From Parasitella parasitica NRRL 2501 (taxonomy: Eukaryota > Fungi > Mucoromycota), in assembly GCA_025201805.1 (NCBI GenBank), contig MU619247.1, positions 328,708 through 392,707 on the forward strand: a stretch of 64,000 nt of DNA, read 5' to 3'. Below the pieces are notes generated by a model. That model did no database searches, was not told the origin of the DNA, and saw nothing but the letters and a program-made list of their open reading frames with translations. Below are positions 1 through 11,871 of this stretch, piece by piece. Position 1 is the stretch's first letter, and every line of letters begins with the position of its first letter. The position numbers were made by a program, and so were the translations under genes.

Positions 1-1436
1 CATCATAGAAGCGCTGAACAAGCTGGATGGTGGTTGATTTGCCAGAGCCGGAGGAGCCAACAATCGCCACAGTCATCCCAGGATTGATTTTCAGTGAAAG
101 ATCGTGCAAAATGGTGAGATCAGGCCGAGTAGGGTATTTAAAACGCACGTTTTTGAATTCGATAGCGCCGACAACTTTGTCAGGGACAAGACCTGCTGTT
201 GCATCAATGTCGATTTCAGGCACACGGTCAATGATTTGATATACCTTGTAAGCCGCGCCACGAGCACTGGATACAGCAGATAAATTAACAGGCAAACGGA
301 TCATACCTATCAAAATCAGGACATTAGCACGCAATAGCAATCTGGTCAAACAGGCAGCAAAACTAACTCATCGATCCCATCATCATGGATAAAAACGCAA
401 CAAATACATCAGGGCCTGTTAATTCGCCTTGCACCACCTTGGTTGATCCATACCACAGCGCCAGACCGAAAGTACAGAAAAGAATAAACATAAACGTGGC
501 AAAACCAAACCCTAATGATACACCACGCTTGATGCCATACTGACATGCTTCATCCAGCTTTTCATCGTATCGTTTCGAGAACCGCTTTTGTAAAGTAAAC
601 GAGTAGACTGTGCGGATGGACTGGAACGTCTGTTCTGCAACAGAGCCGGCGCTTGCATACGCATTTTGCCCCATAATGGTGTATTTTGTGATGAAATAAG
701 CCATTCCTCTGCCTGTGCCAAACATCAGAGGCAGCGTTGCCAGCATGATGACCGCAACTTGCCATCCTATATTACATTTTAGAAAGGCAATCCATGCCGC
801 GTTTTCTTATGCAGTTATTCGTACCTTTGACAAACGCTACTACGAAACCACCAACAAACTGTGCAAACAACTGCACCAACATGCCCATTTTCTCGCTGAT
901 GCCGTCTTGAATAATTTGTGTGTCCGACGCAAGCCGAGTGTTCAGTGATCCATCAGCGGCTTTATCAAACCAGCTCATGTCTTGCTTCAATACAGAATGC
1001 AGATACAATGATCGAATGCGTCGAGTCTGACTCTCGCCTGTCAATACCCATAAGCAGTTTGACAGATATGCTGCAATTAAAGATGCCGTTCCCATGTAAG
1101 CCATAATGTGGATGACTGGCAGTGTTGCCTCCAATAGTATGCTCGGATCGTTTAGTGATCCAGTGAGATTATTGATAAATGTTCCATAGATTAATATCGA
1201 CACAGGCTGCAATGCACCAGATCCAATGGAGAATATAGCTGCGAGAAGGATCAAAAATCGCTCTTTAGGGGTAGAAAAACGGAACAGCTTGATGATCGAG
1301 ACTGCAGGGCCCTTTTTTCTTTCGTATTTGGGTTTTGTGTCTGCATCGTTTAAAGTCTCTTTAGCTGAGGATGTAGAGACATCTGAAACCGCTGGGTCCT
1401 CTTTCTTCCCTTTGTTGTCGAGCTGTTTTTCACTCA

Positions 1437-1437
<1 letters not shown>
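1..1437 (-). CDS. ABCB/MDR1-type ABC transporter, 5' part (runs off the window start)
   Basis: ATG at 1437. TMD1 motifs LKQDMSWFD, LNTRLASDTQIIQDGISEK, AEQTFQSIRTV and LALWYG. GT-AG introns at 767-824 and 307-367 join the ORFs in frame, continuing into AAYKVYQIIDRVPEID and the start of NBD1. Confidence 0.95.

Positions 1438-1439
<2 letters not shown>

Positions 1440-1494
<55 letters not shown>
1440..1494. repeat. 55-nt poly(A)/poly(T) tract just upstream of the ABC transporter ATG
   Basis: Uninterrupted A run on the + strand. Confidence 0.9.
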
Positions 1495-1496
<2 letters not shown>

Positions 1497-4247
1497 ATAG
1501 ATAAATCCCAACAATAGGAATCTCGATTATTTATACACATGTTGAAAGTAGGCAAATGTCGCACAGGAGGCCGCTACGCCGATTTTATCCAAATTTGTTG
1601 ACATGTCTGGATTGAAATGACAGCGAGTCCGCTGAATCTGCAGAGCATGATAGGCAGTAGGTGCGCTTTTCCGGTAGCATCAGATTTGTGTTTTATTGCG
1701 TAACACTATAAATTGCTACTTGTCATTTGTATCTCGTGTAGCATCGCCGCAGCATGTTTTCTGATCTCAATCAGTATCTTGATTTTAAACGATAAATGCA
1801 CCTGAATGCGCTATTAGAAATCTCCCATCACTCGTAATTATGCAGCTACTGATAGGATGTGCGCTTTACAGGACAATGTTGAAAGTGTACAATAACAGTT
1901 TTTTGATCTTTGGGAAAAAGTTTCGACTGATTGCCATATATAATGAATTAAGCCTTAATTGGTATGTGATTGTCCCACCTTGGAGCGCTTTTTGGATCAA
2001 ATCGCCACTTCATTCTCGGCGCCTGCTCCATTCTTGAGCATTTCGTTTTTTGACTAAAAGTCAAAGACATTATTCAGCAAGACTGTTTGTCGAAGAATAT
2101 ATAAATTTTGCAGTGATGTTTTGAATGTCATCTCATCTTAAACGCTTTGATTGCGGCCTCTATTCGCTTGTCCTGGAAATTGATTTTACCACGGCTGATT
2201 GAAATTCCTGAGTACACAAACACACGTAGCTCAAGGGTGAACCATATTTCCTTTATCCCGAATTTTTTTAAATGATCTGTGCCTTGTTTTATTAGTCAAA
2301 CTGGTCCTGCTGGATCATTAGTTTTTAATGCTAGTCTCAGAAATGAGTACAGTACATCAATCGCATAATTGATTGTGGAAAGCCTGTCTCATAGACATCT
2401 GCTCCAGTTTAACTGCCATTTGTTTACATTACGCGTATTATGATGAAAGACTGATATACAACGATCAATGATTCTACTGATTTTGGGTTCTAGCATTAAG
2501 TATTTGTACTTTTTGCTATGTATCGGTGACGATACCATTCGCACAATGCATAAAAGAAACAAGAATTTTTCATTTCATATAATTACTTCATTATTACTAT
2601 TAGCGATAAACCAAATAGTCTCTCGTGTTTATCAAGTGCTTGGGCAAAAGATTTGGTCTCTAAAGTGGGTTAATCAAATAATCTAATCTAACCAAGATGG
2701 TTTCATATGTACTGTAGGTATTAAACTTGTGCCATTTTCCGACATTATATCGAATCCTGGTATACAGCCAAAACAAACGTACTAACGTAATATTTACATT
2801 TCATTCCACAATGGGTTTAAGTCTATGTCAAGAGGCATGAAATTCAATTGGATGCCAACAATATTTTATGCAAATGGGGTAGATAATGGCTATGGCTCTA
2901 GCTGATTTTGCATATGTCCTGGAAAACCTTTGAGTTTTTTTTTTTTTTTTTATCTAAAAAATAAGTTAAAGCATGCAAAATTGATACTGATCAAACCATT
3001 TGCCAAGTACTCCATCCCTTTGGATAATCGTTGTCTTGATCTTGCGAAAGAAAGAAAAAGTTTAGCCAAGGCTAATCTCTGCATAACTTGCTAGACGATT
3101 CTATTCAAGTCGTAAGCAAAGTGCTGTTGTTATCGTTGCTGAATAAAAGGGTTTGCCTATCATCAGTTTCAGACCGTACCTACTTCCATTCACAGAGCAT
3201 CTACAGCGCTTTATTCTTGAATCGTTATCTCTGAAAAAGATTTTACAAAGCGGATTGCTGTATAAACGCACCCATCTTGGTTGATATTTTGTAGCTGCCA
3301 AGTCATCAAATCAAACACAGTTCTAAAGACCCTTTTCTTTACAGGAACATTAGTTTATCACAAGGTCACATTGGTAGCTCATAACGACATTCAGACCCTC
3401 TTTTGCTTGAACAATGTTATAACCGACGTTACGTATGTCATCAAACCATGCAATAGAGTAATGGTGCATACAGATATGACCCCAAATTATAGCGATGTCC
3501 GAATACGGACACACATTTACTACTAAACAATCATCGATTCGGTAGATTAGATGATTGTATATTTACGTAATTAGGATTAGAGTTTTTGGGAGAACATAGC
3601 ATGAACAAACTGTTCAGATGCCACAAGCAGTAGCCATGGGTTTGACAGATGACTGTGCCAAATAGTTTAGAGCAAATCAATTCATCCAAAGTCGTGATCC
3701 GCCCAATAAATTTCACTAGTGTCATGTAACAAAGTAAAAAAAAAAAAAAAAACGATATACTTGCCAAAATCAAGCTATAGCAAACTAAGGATCTATCTAT
3801 ATAGCATTGCATCGTAATTCAAGAAAAAAAAGGGCTTGTTTTGCAGCATAGCAAACATTGTTGTTTCAATGGGGATCTCCTGCATACATGTACCACTTGG
3901 TACCTTGAAATGTAAAGTATGCGCTCGTATCATTTCAAAAAAAAAAAGTGGAGGCTCTGTATGATCTCTTTACTACAGCTGATTAAGCTCAACATAGCAA
4001 CGTCTACACTGGTTTGATAATTTTCTAACAATACTATTTATGTTGCATTCGTCAATAGTACTGCAATTGATTTTGCAGTATCGAATGTCATTGGCCTACA
4101 TGAGAATGATAAAACAGAACTGTGGCTCAGGTGCCACCAACCTTAAACATTTCTCTTATGCAGCCATGTACCGTATAAAAAGTTCCTGGCATTTGATTTT
4201 GAAAAAGGCCTTTTTTTTTTTTTTTTTCTTTGTATCTCTTATATTAA

Positions 4248-5234
4248 ATGTCTAAATCTCAGAAAATAAGTCTGCCTCAAGTAAATCCCCCTCCTCCACA
4301 AAAGAAAAGCAAATCGGTTGCGACTAAAGTTGTCTCAGCTGTGCTTGCTTTATTGGCTGCTTACTTTGTTTTCACGGTTATCAGCATTGAAGTCAATGGC
4401 AGAAGAGGGGTTGTATCAGCAGATGAATGGAAGGAATTGATCAAGAAGCACCCATACCAAAGAAAAGAGACAGACCTCCGTTCCCCTTGTCCTATGTTGA
4501 ACACACTTGCCAATCACGGATTTATCGCCCGAGACGGCCGTAACATCAGATCTGAAGATCTCTTTGATGCTCTCATGCTGATGGGAGCCCCTCCCTCGGT
4601 TTCAGTTCTTATTCTGAATTACGTTTACTTTCGACTGCAAGAGCCTCAGCCTCAAGATCCATTCTGGGCTCAGTTTAGGTCTTTGAAAACTCTGGATCTC
4701 GACCGTTTGACAATATTTGATGTATTGGAACACGATGTATCTCTCACAAGAAATGACACTCTTTTGGCACATCCAGATACTACGTATGTTGTGCCAGCAT
4801 ATGTTGAGAGAATGATAAAGCTTGCTGAAATGAAAAACCAAGGTAAATCAAAGGGCTTTTTTACGCGAGAAAATGAACATGATGTTCGAAAGCTGCGATG
4901 GTTGGAATCAATAAGGGACAACAGACATATGCATCTGGATCTATTTGCTCAGGTAAGTCGGCTGTTGTGGCAATAAGCTGGCACCTTCTGAATCTGGACG
5001 TAATTGTAGTTTGCCTCAAGCACCGAATGTTCTTTATTGTTGGATATTATTGGCCGTGATGGAAGCATTTCATTACCACACTTAAAGTCGTTCCTTTTAC
5101 ACGAAGCTTTCCCGGAAGACTGGCATCCTCGTGAAACAACGTTTCCCCTTAAACATTTGATCATAAAGCCTATGATCTGCTGGCATGGACTTCGTAAAAG
5201 TCAAGTGTCCTTGGACTTGATTGATGAGCTTTAG
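4248..5234 (+). CDS. Heme-thiolate peroxidase / unspecific peroxygenase-like protein (Peroxidase_2 family) with an N-terminal TM segment
   Basis: RSPCPMLNTLANHGF (PCP proximal Cys) and EHD motifs; C-terminal FLLHEAFPEDW. Intron 4953-5009 (GTAAGT...TAG) joins the two ORFs. Confidence 0.92.
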
Positions 5235-6673
5235 CTGTAAAAAAAATACTGTAATAAAGAGTTCTCGCTACATGTAGTATGTTTATCTTGAGGCGGTGGC
5301 AAATTTAGTTCGCGATATTCCTGTGATGATCATTCTCACAGCTATGCTACAATAGTGTAGCAGTGTACCCAAGGGTCTGATGAGGATGCCCTTTATTTTA
5401 TTTGGTTTAAGCGTATTTTTCTCGGCAATGCTATAATATAAAGTTACTATCAATGATTTATCGACTTGACATATTATTAAATAGAACGAAGTGTTCAGCT
5501 TAAAAAATCGCCTTTTTTTGGGATTTCGAATCTCCTAATTTGGTTGATTCAAGCTACTGTATTTCGCCTGACTTTCAACATGATTTACTCTATTGAAAGA
5601 GCTTTTATTTCGAATCAAAATACATGATCATTTATTTCACGCTTTGTTTCTTACTCACATAGTTTATTATAGTTTTCTAAAGCTTCTATATATTTTTAAT
5701 TAGTTTTTGAAAATGAGATGATATACTTGATTTAACGCCGACTTCTCAAAAATCCGAAACTTGAATGGGAATTAAAAAAACCAAACAAGGCATTTATAAA
5801 CTCTATTCCTCGCAGGATTGTGTTTACTTTGCTGTGTTCTTGTTAATATTATAGGATTATTGGCGACATTCAACATTGGATTCGATCCAGGAACGGTAAC
5901 CGTGACAACAACGGAGTTGAAAATAAAGTTAACCAATGTGTTATATGAATACAAAACAATGAGGATGATAATGCACAGTCTTTTCAATAGAGTCACCTTA
6001 AACTTATTGTAAATCAAATTAATCAATTAGTTTTTATGACGATTCAAATTACATGGTGTTTCGTTATGCATAAAGCATCTGAATTGATATAAATAAGCCC
6101 AGATTATAGCAGATGTTGGAGTTTTAGTAAGAGTATCAATCTATTATAATCTTTATATTATCTTTTTCATTGTAGGAAAGTGGATTTTAGCATTTTAAGA
6201 GGTCCCTGTAGTATGAATATGGCGTAGATGCCAAACCATTTCATAAAGGCTGTCATTATTGTATCTAAATATATCTAGCATCTATGTCCATCATAATACG
6301 TAATAGAGGGTATAAATCGAGTGCCATGATGTTAGATTTTACATTGCTCAGGTCAATTAGGATTATCATATTTCGAAAGAATACAAAATGACAATTAAGC
6401 GTCATAGGAGTTTCAATCAAGATGGCATCAGTGAGAAGACTACAATGTAAAATATCTTTTTAGAAAACTTTACTTGGTTGCTGCTTTACAAAATAAAAAG
6501 GAAGTAAATAATTATTTTTGGGGTTTCTTTCTTTATCCTAATCATAAATGGTACCGATTGATCAATCATCAGCCATGCTCAATCAATTGGATGGCCAAGG
6601 GTATTATAAGTAAGTTTTTTTCTCGTCTATTTACGGCATTAATGCTGATCAAGTTTCTTCTAAAAGCAGTGAG

Positions 6674-8053
6674 ATGTACGGTCAATTATCTGTAAACATT
6701 GAGCAGCAACAGCAACAGCAGCAGCAGCAAACGCCAACACTAACAGCACATCATCCCCATCACTTGGACACATCATCTTTCCGTACAGTTTATCTAGGAA
6801 ACGTATCAAGTGATTTATCAGTTTCTAGTATCATAGACCATGTTAAGACTGGACCAATTCAAGCAATCCGACTTTTACCCGATAAAAATGGAGTTTTTAT
6901 AACTTTTATAGATTCGTATGCGGCTAGTCTATTCTATCATGAAGCTCAAAGAAGTCGACTGAATATACACGGAATTGAATTAAAAATTGGGTGGGGCAAG
7001 CCAAGCCAGTTAAATCCACATTTGCAATGGGCAATACAAAATGGTGCCTCTCGTAATGTGTATTTGGGCCTCCTGGATGAATCAGTACAAGAGCAAGATT
7101 TAAGAGATGATTTATCGAAATTTGGTCATATTGAGCACATCAAGATTATTCCCGAGAAATGCATTGCATTTGTTCACTACCTTTGCATATCAAATGCTGT
7201 CAAGTGCGTCAATACGTTAGCCGCTGAACCAAAATGGGCATCCAAGCGTGTCAATTTTGGCAAAGACAGATGTGCTTCTCACACTATACATGCACCTGTA
7301 TACCAACATCCTATATTTTGCGCAGCGCAATCCCCTCAATCCCCTCTAGCATCATCAGTGTCACCGCCAGCCTATGTTTCGCCTCAATTCGACCTGCTTA
7401 CCGGGCTACCTGTTATGTACACCCATGCTATGGATCACAATCTCAGTGGTGTTTCGAATAGAACAATATACCTTGGTAACATTCATCCCGACACCACCGT
7501 TGAAGACATCTGCAATGTGATTCGAGATGGTATTTTATCTCAAATTCGACTTCTGCCAGACAAACATATAGCGTTTATCACATTTGTTGATCCTCGAGTT
7601 GCGTCTGATTTTATGAATCAGGCTTTGAATCAGTGTATTGTTATCAAAAATAGACGTCTTAAAGTTGGATGGGGTAAACCAGGCGCGTTGCCTGCGAGTG
7701 TGATTCATGCAGTCCAGAACGGCGGATCGCGGAATGTGTACATTGGCAATATTGACGATACCATCACTGAAGAAAAGCTGAAGCACGACTTCTCGGAATA
7801 TGGCGATATCGAGCTGGTAAACACGTTAAGAGAAAAGAACTGCGCATTTGTCAATTTTACTAGCATTGCTGGAGCTGTTAGAGCGATTGATGGAATTAGA
7901 ACTAAAGAGGAATACAAGAAATTTCGTATAAACTATGGGAAAGACAGGTGTGGAAAAGCCTCCAGATCACGACAATCATTTACAAAGCCCAACATAAACA
8001 CAAATACTGAAACTCAAGCACAAACATTGCCAATGTCACAGAATCAAATTTAA
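6674..8053 (+). CDS. Four-RRM RNA-binding protein (S. pombe Nrd1 / S. cerevisiae Mrn1-like), intronless
   Basis: Two tandem RRM pairs (RTVYLGN...KIGWGK, SRNVYLG...VNFGKDRC, repeated twice); N-terminal polyQ. Confidence 0.9.
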   Translation: MYGQLSVNIEQQQQQQQQQTPTLTAHHPHHLDTSSFRTVYLGNVSSDLSVSSIIDHVKTGPIQAIRLLPDKNGVFITFIDSYAASLFYHEAQRSRLNIHGIELKIGWGKPSQLNPHLQWAIQNGASRNVYLGLLDESVQEQDLRDDLSKFGHIEHIKIIPEKCIAFVHYLCISNAVKCVNTLAAEPKWASKRVNFGKDRCASHTIHAPVYQHPIFCAAQSPQSPLASSVSPPAYVSPQFDLLTGLPVMYTHAMDHNLSGVSNRTIYLGNIHPDTTVEDICNVIRDGILSQIRLLPDKHIAFITFVDPRVASDFMNQALNQCIVIKNRRLKVGWGKPGALPASVIHAVQNGGSRNVYIGNIDDTITEEKLKHDFSEYGDIELVNTLREKNCAFVNFTSIAGAVRAIDGIRTKEEYKKFRINYGKDRCGKASRSRQSFTKPNINTNTETQAQTLPMSQNQI

Positions 8054-8107
8054 CTTTATAAAATACAGTAATAATATTAATTCTACTGTATATTTGATAT
8101 ACACATC

Positions 8108-10084
8108 TCAATATCTTCTAGTTAACTTGATCTTCAACGACTCAGGGCCTAATAAACCAATACCTCCGCCGTTCGCATTCTTCAAACCATGTCGATGTTC
8201 GCTGTTTGGAGCCAATGTCCATGTGTATCTTTTCAACATCATAGCTTGGACAACTCTTTGTTCAGACAAACTAAAGTTTTGACCAATACATGTACGAGGA
8301 CCATACCCAAAGGGCATCCAGATGGCATCTTTACGATAGTTGGTGCTCTTTTTGTCGAATCGATCTGGGTTGAATTCTTCAGGATTGTCCCAATACTTTG
8401 TGATGTGATGTACGCTGTATAGTTCCTAATACACAGAATTAAGTATCTTGTAAATGAGCATTATACAGCGAGAAGCAGATCTTACAATCGAAATACGTGT
8501 TTCTTTGGGCACAAAAAAGCCTCCTAGATTTGTATCCTTAGTAACAACGCGGGGTAGATTTCCGGACGTCGGTGGGTTGATTCTCATGGTTTCATGAATA
8601 CAATTGTCTAAATATTCCATCTGCTTCAGTTCTTCTCTCGTTGGAATGATATCTTCTGGAGAATCACCCAAGACATGGAGCACCTCTTGTCGGGCTCTCT
8701 CCTGGATTTCAGGATTAGCAGCAAGGTAGTACAAGAAGGAAGCAGTTGCACTGGCGGTTGTCTCATGTCCTAGCAAGACAATGAATAAATGGATTATATA
8801 CGTCAAATGATGCCATTTGATATTTACCTGCAACAAAGAATACGGCGAGATTAGAAACTAGCTCTCCGTCAGTCAGGTATGAATTGTTGGGTACATGACC
8901 ATCTTCTGCAGCCATAATCATCAAAGTGAGCAAGTCAGGCTCGTCAGCACCACTCGAGTTCAAATCATTAGATAAAACTAGGTGATTGTCACGAATTTTA
9001 CGCTTTCGATCAATAATAATGTCTGATAATATTTTGCGTAGATTTTCATTTGCTTTACGAGCTCTGTTACGATAAGGTATGTACTTGGATGGAATGCGAG
9101 TGTATGCAGGGAATAAATAAACAAGCGGATCCCTCACTATACCTACAATACAAAGATGTAAGGATTTTTTTTGTTTTTGCTTTGTTCTTGTATTGTTGTA
9201 TGCCTTACTAAAGGCTTCTTTGTATAAAGTTGCATAAGGTGAGGCTGGATCCGTTACGGCTTCCATATCAAAATTCTATGCAAATGCATAATGAATATCT
9301 CATTCTGCCACGAGCATGTATTACGAACTTACGAAAATACCAAGACCAAGACAATCGAGAGCGTATCTGTATTATACAATCAATATTGCTTATTAAGGAT
9401 CCATTATTGACACCACCTGCATACCTTCTCATATAGTCAGCCATGTCGATAATGTCTCCATTTTCCTGTTTATCCATAGACGCAAACATGTGCTTTGTGA
9501 TCTGGCCAAAGACTTCGACTGGCATGGCTCTATGAAATACTGGGTTTGCCACGCTGCGTTGCCTTTTCCAATCTTGACCATTGGCGTTTCCCATGTTGGG
9601 CTCTTGGTTTGTCAAGATGAGATCCTATTTTTTTTTCAAAGCTATTAGCTATGTGATATAATGGCTGTATCTAGATTCTTACAGGGTCCATTGAAATCTT
9701 TTCTTTAGGGTATGTATATACATCTTTCAATAGCATTTGCAGTAGGATTGGGTCACCCACTGTCAAAGTCCATCTGCCAAGGATATATTTCAAGCAAAGG
9801 CCATGTTGATTGATTGTAGGCAGCATGAGTTTTTTCATACGAACATCATGGCTCTCGCCCTTAAGAATGCTCCAGAACCAAGGCAGCGAGTTGACTTTTG
9901 GAATATGAGCCAAATGTTTGGGAACTACAAACACCCGCCAAAATGACTTGACGACATATGAAGTGCCCAGGAGAGATAGAGTGAGACTCCAATAGAGCTT
10001 TTTTTTATCTGCAGCTGGCACCAAGCTGGACAGTTTTATGGAATCAGTGATAGAACTAAAGTTGAAAGAAGAAGAAGAAATCAT
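8108..10084 (-). CDS. Cytochrome P450, multi-exon
   Basis: I-helix AGHETT (split by an intron), ETMR (ExxR) and heme motif PFGYGPRTCIG. N-terminal hydrophobic anchor. Six GT-AG introns are traceable (e.g. 9625-9682). Confidence 0.95.
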
Positions 10085-10243
10085 GTTTGATTATGCCGAG
10101 TTGGGTTCAGCACACTTTCAATTCTTTCTTCTTTTTTTTTTTTTATATATATACGTTTAAAAATGTCCATTTATTGTTGACCAAATATGGTCAAAGACCG
10201 AGAATAATGCTGCGCGGATTCCCCATTTGCTTGGGTGCTTTAT

Positions 10244-11839
10244 TTATACAGTGTTATCGTAATGAGCTACTCGTGGTTCAAGCTCCAAACTTCTCTCGTA
10301 CAAAAAGTCAACATCTCGGCTTGTTTCCAACTGGAAGTTGATGTAGTCTTGGATTTCAGGTACAATTTGAAAAGTGTAAGGCGGCGACTGGAACTGTTTG
10401 ATCTCGCGGATGACCTCTGCAGCCTTTTGCTGTTTAGCAAAATTGATCAAGGTACTTGATTTCTTTAAAAGGTCGGGATTTCCGTCTTCAATGAACGTTA
10501 GGTCCTGTAAATAGATGCCCAGAAATGGGATGCAGGGTGGGTTCACAGAGTGAATCATTTCACGATACTCTGTAAAATTGCGATTTGAGCCCATAAGTTT
10601 TCTGATATGGGCGAGCGATTGGCTAGTGCGACTACTGACAAGCTCCCAGGTCTTTTTCAATCTACCAATGGCGCTGTTGTCAAACGCAGAAAGAATTGCC
10701 ATACAAGTATTGTAGTTTTGCATCTCCAGACAGCGCTATTTGATTGTTTTAGTCTGGTGGTCATATACATGTACAAACATTCCAACCTACATTTGCAACT
10801 TGCGACCAATGCTTGATGACCACAACGCGCTTCTTGGCTTCTTTGTTGCTCAAAATGCTTCCAGTAACCCAGGATGTCAGACGATTGCAGTAGTCGATGG
10901 ATAGCTTTACATTCGCTGCATTGTCTGCGTAGTCTCTTGACCATGCTTTTCCTAAACATTCGATAGGCTGGATGCTACTGTACAGCTTGAAATCCATGAT
11001 AGTCAGTTGCCGAGCCAGCTCGAGAGGATCAGTGTCTAGCAGACGTATATGCTGCATGTTTTTTGGTATAATGGGCATGGGTCCATACATTGCATTTGGG
11101 ATCAGTTTTTTCAAACCGCCGCCATTTGCATCTAATTCTCGTCTCTTTTTAATCAGCCGGTTCAATTGCTCTGCAGAAAATGAAGATGAATCGCAGATGA
11201 CTGTATTCGCAAAGAACTGTAGCTTGTCTAGAATGAATTCGTCTTCATTATTATAGTAGTTTTCCAGCCAGTTTTTCATAACGTTGAATACACTATAAAA
11301 ATGCATGTAGGTGATCAGTATCTTTTTTTTTTCCTCTTCAGAGGGGAGAATCTGTTACCGAAGACGAACAAGCTTTTGCTTTCTTTCTGTCCAAATCTCC
11401 AGTTCGTCAGGCGTCAGCTCTGCTGGTGGTGCCAAATTGTAGCGCTCTTGCAACAAATCCACGAATTCTTCTGTTGTACAGAATGATCTGTATGTCAATA
11501 AGAAATTGGCGATAAAACTCATGTCTATGGCACAGTTACAGTAGTTAGTATTTCTGTTTTCAGCGCTCATCGCATTGTACTGTTACCAATAAAATCATGA
11601 AGCGTCAGGCGCTCAACAAGTGCTCGAAGTGTGCCGCCTTTAACGGCCTTGTCTTGAGTGAATTCAATATCACTTTCGGCATAGTCATAGCCCAAATACC
11701 AAAGTTCCGATTCATCCTGAGAATTACCACCATGGCCAAAGCTGAACTGCCGTTTCAAAGCCTTGTGGTCAGAGGGTCGAGTCAAGCTAGATGTTGAGAC
11801 GTTTGATGAGCTAATAGATGGTCTGTATGACGAAGCTAT

Positions 11840-11871
<32 letters not shown>

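Noticed and set aside
5377-5400. CTGATGAG as a hammerhead ribozyme core
   Set aside because: No correctly placed GAAA or closing stems II/III were found.
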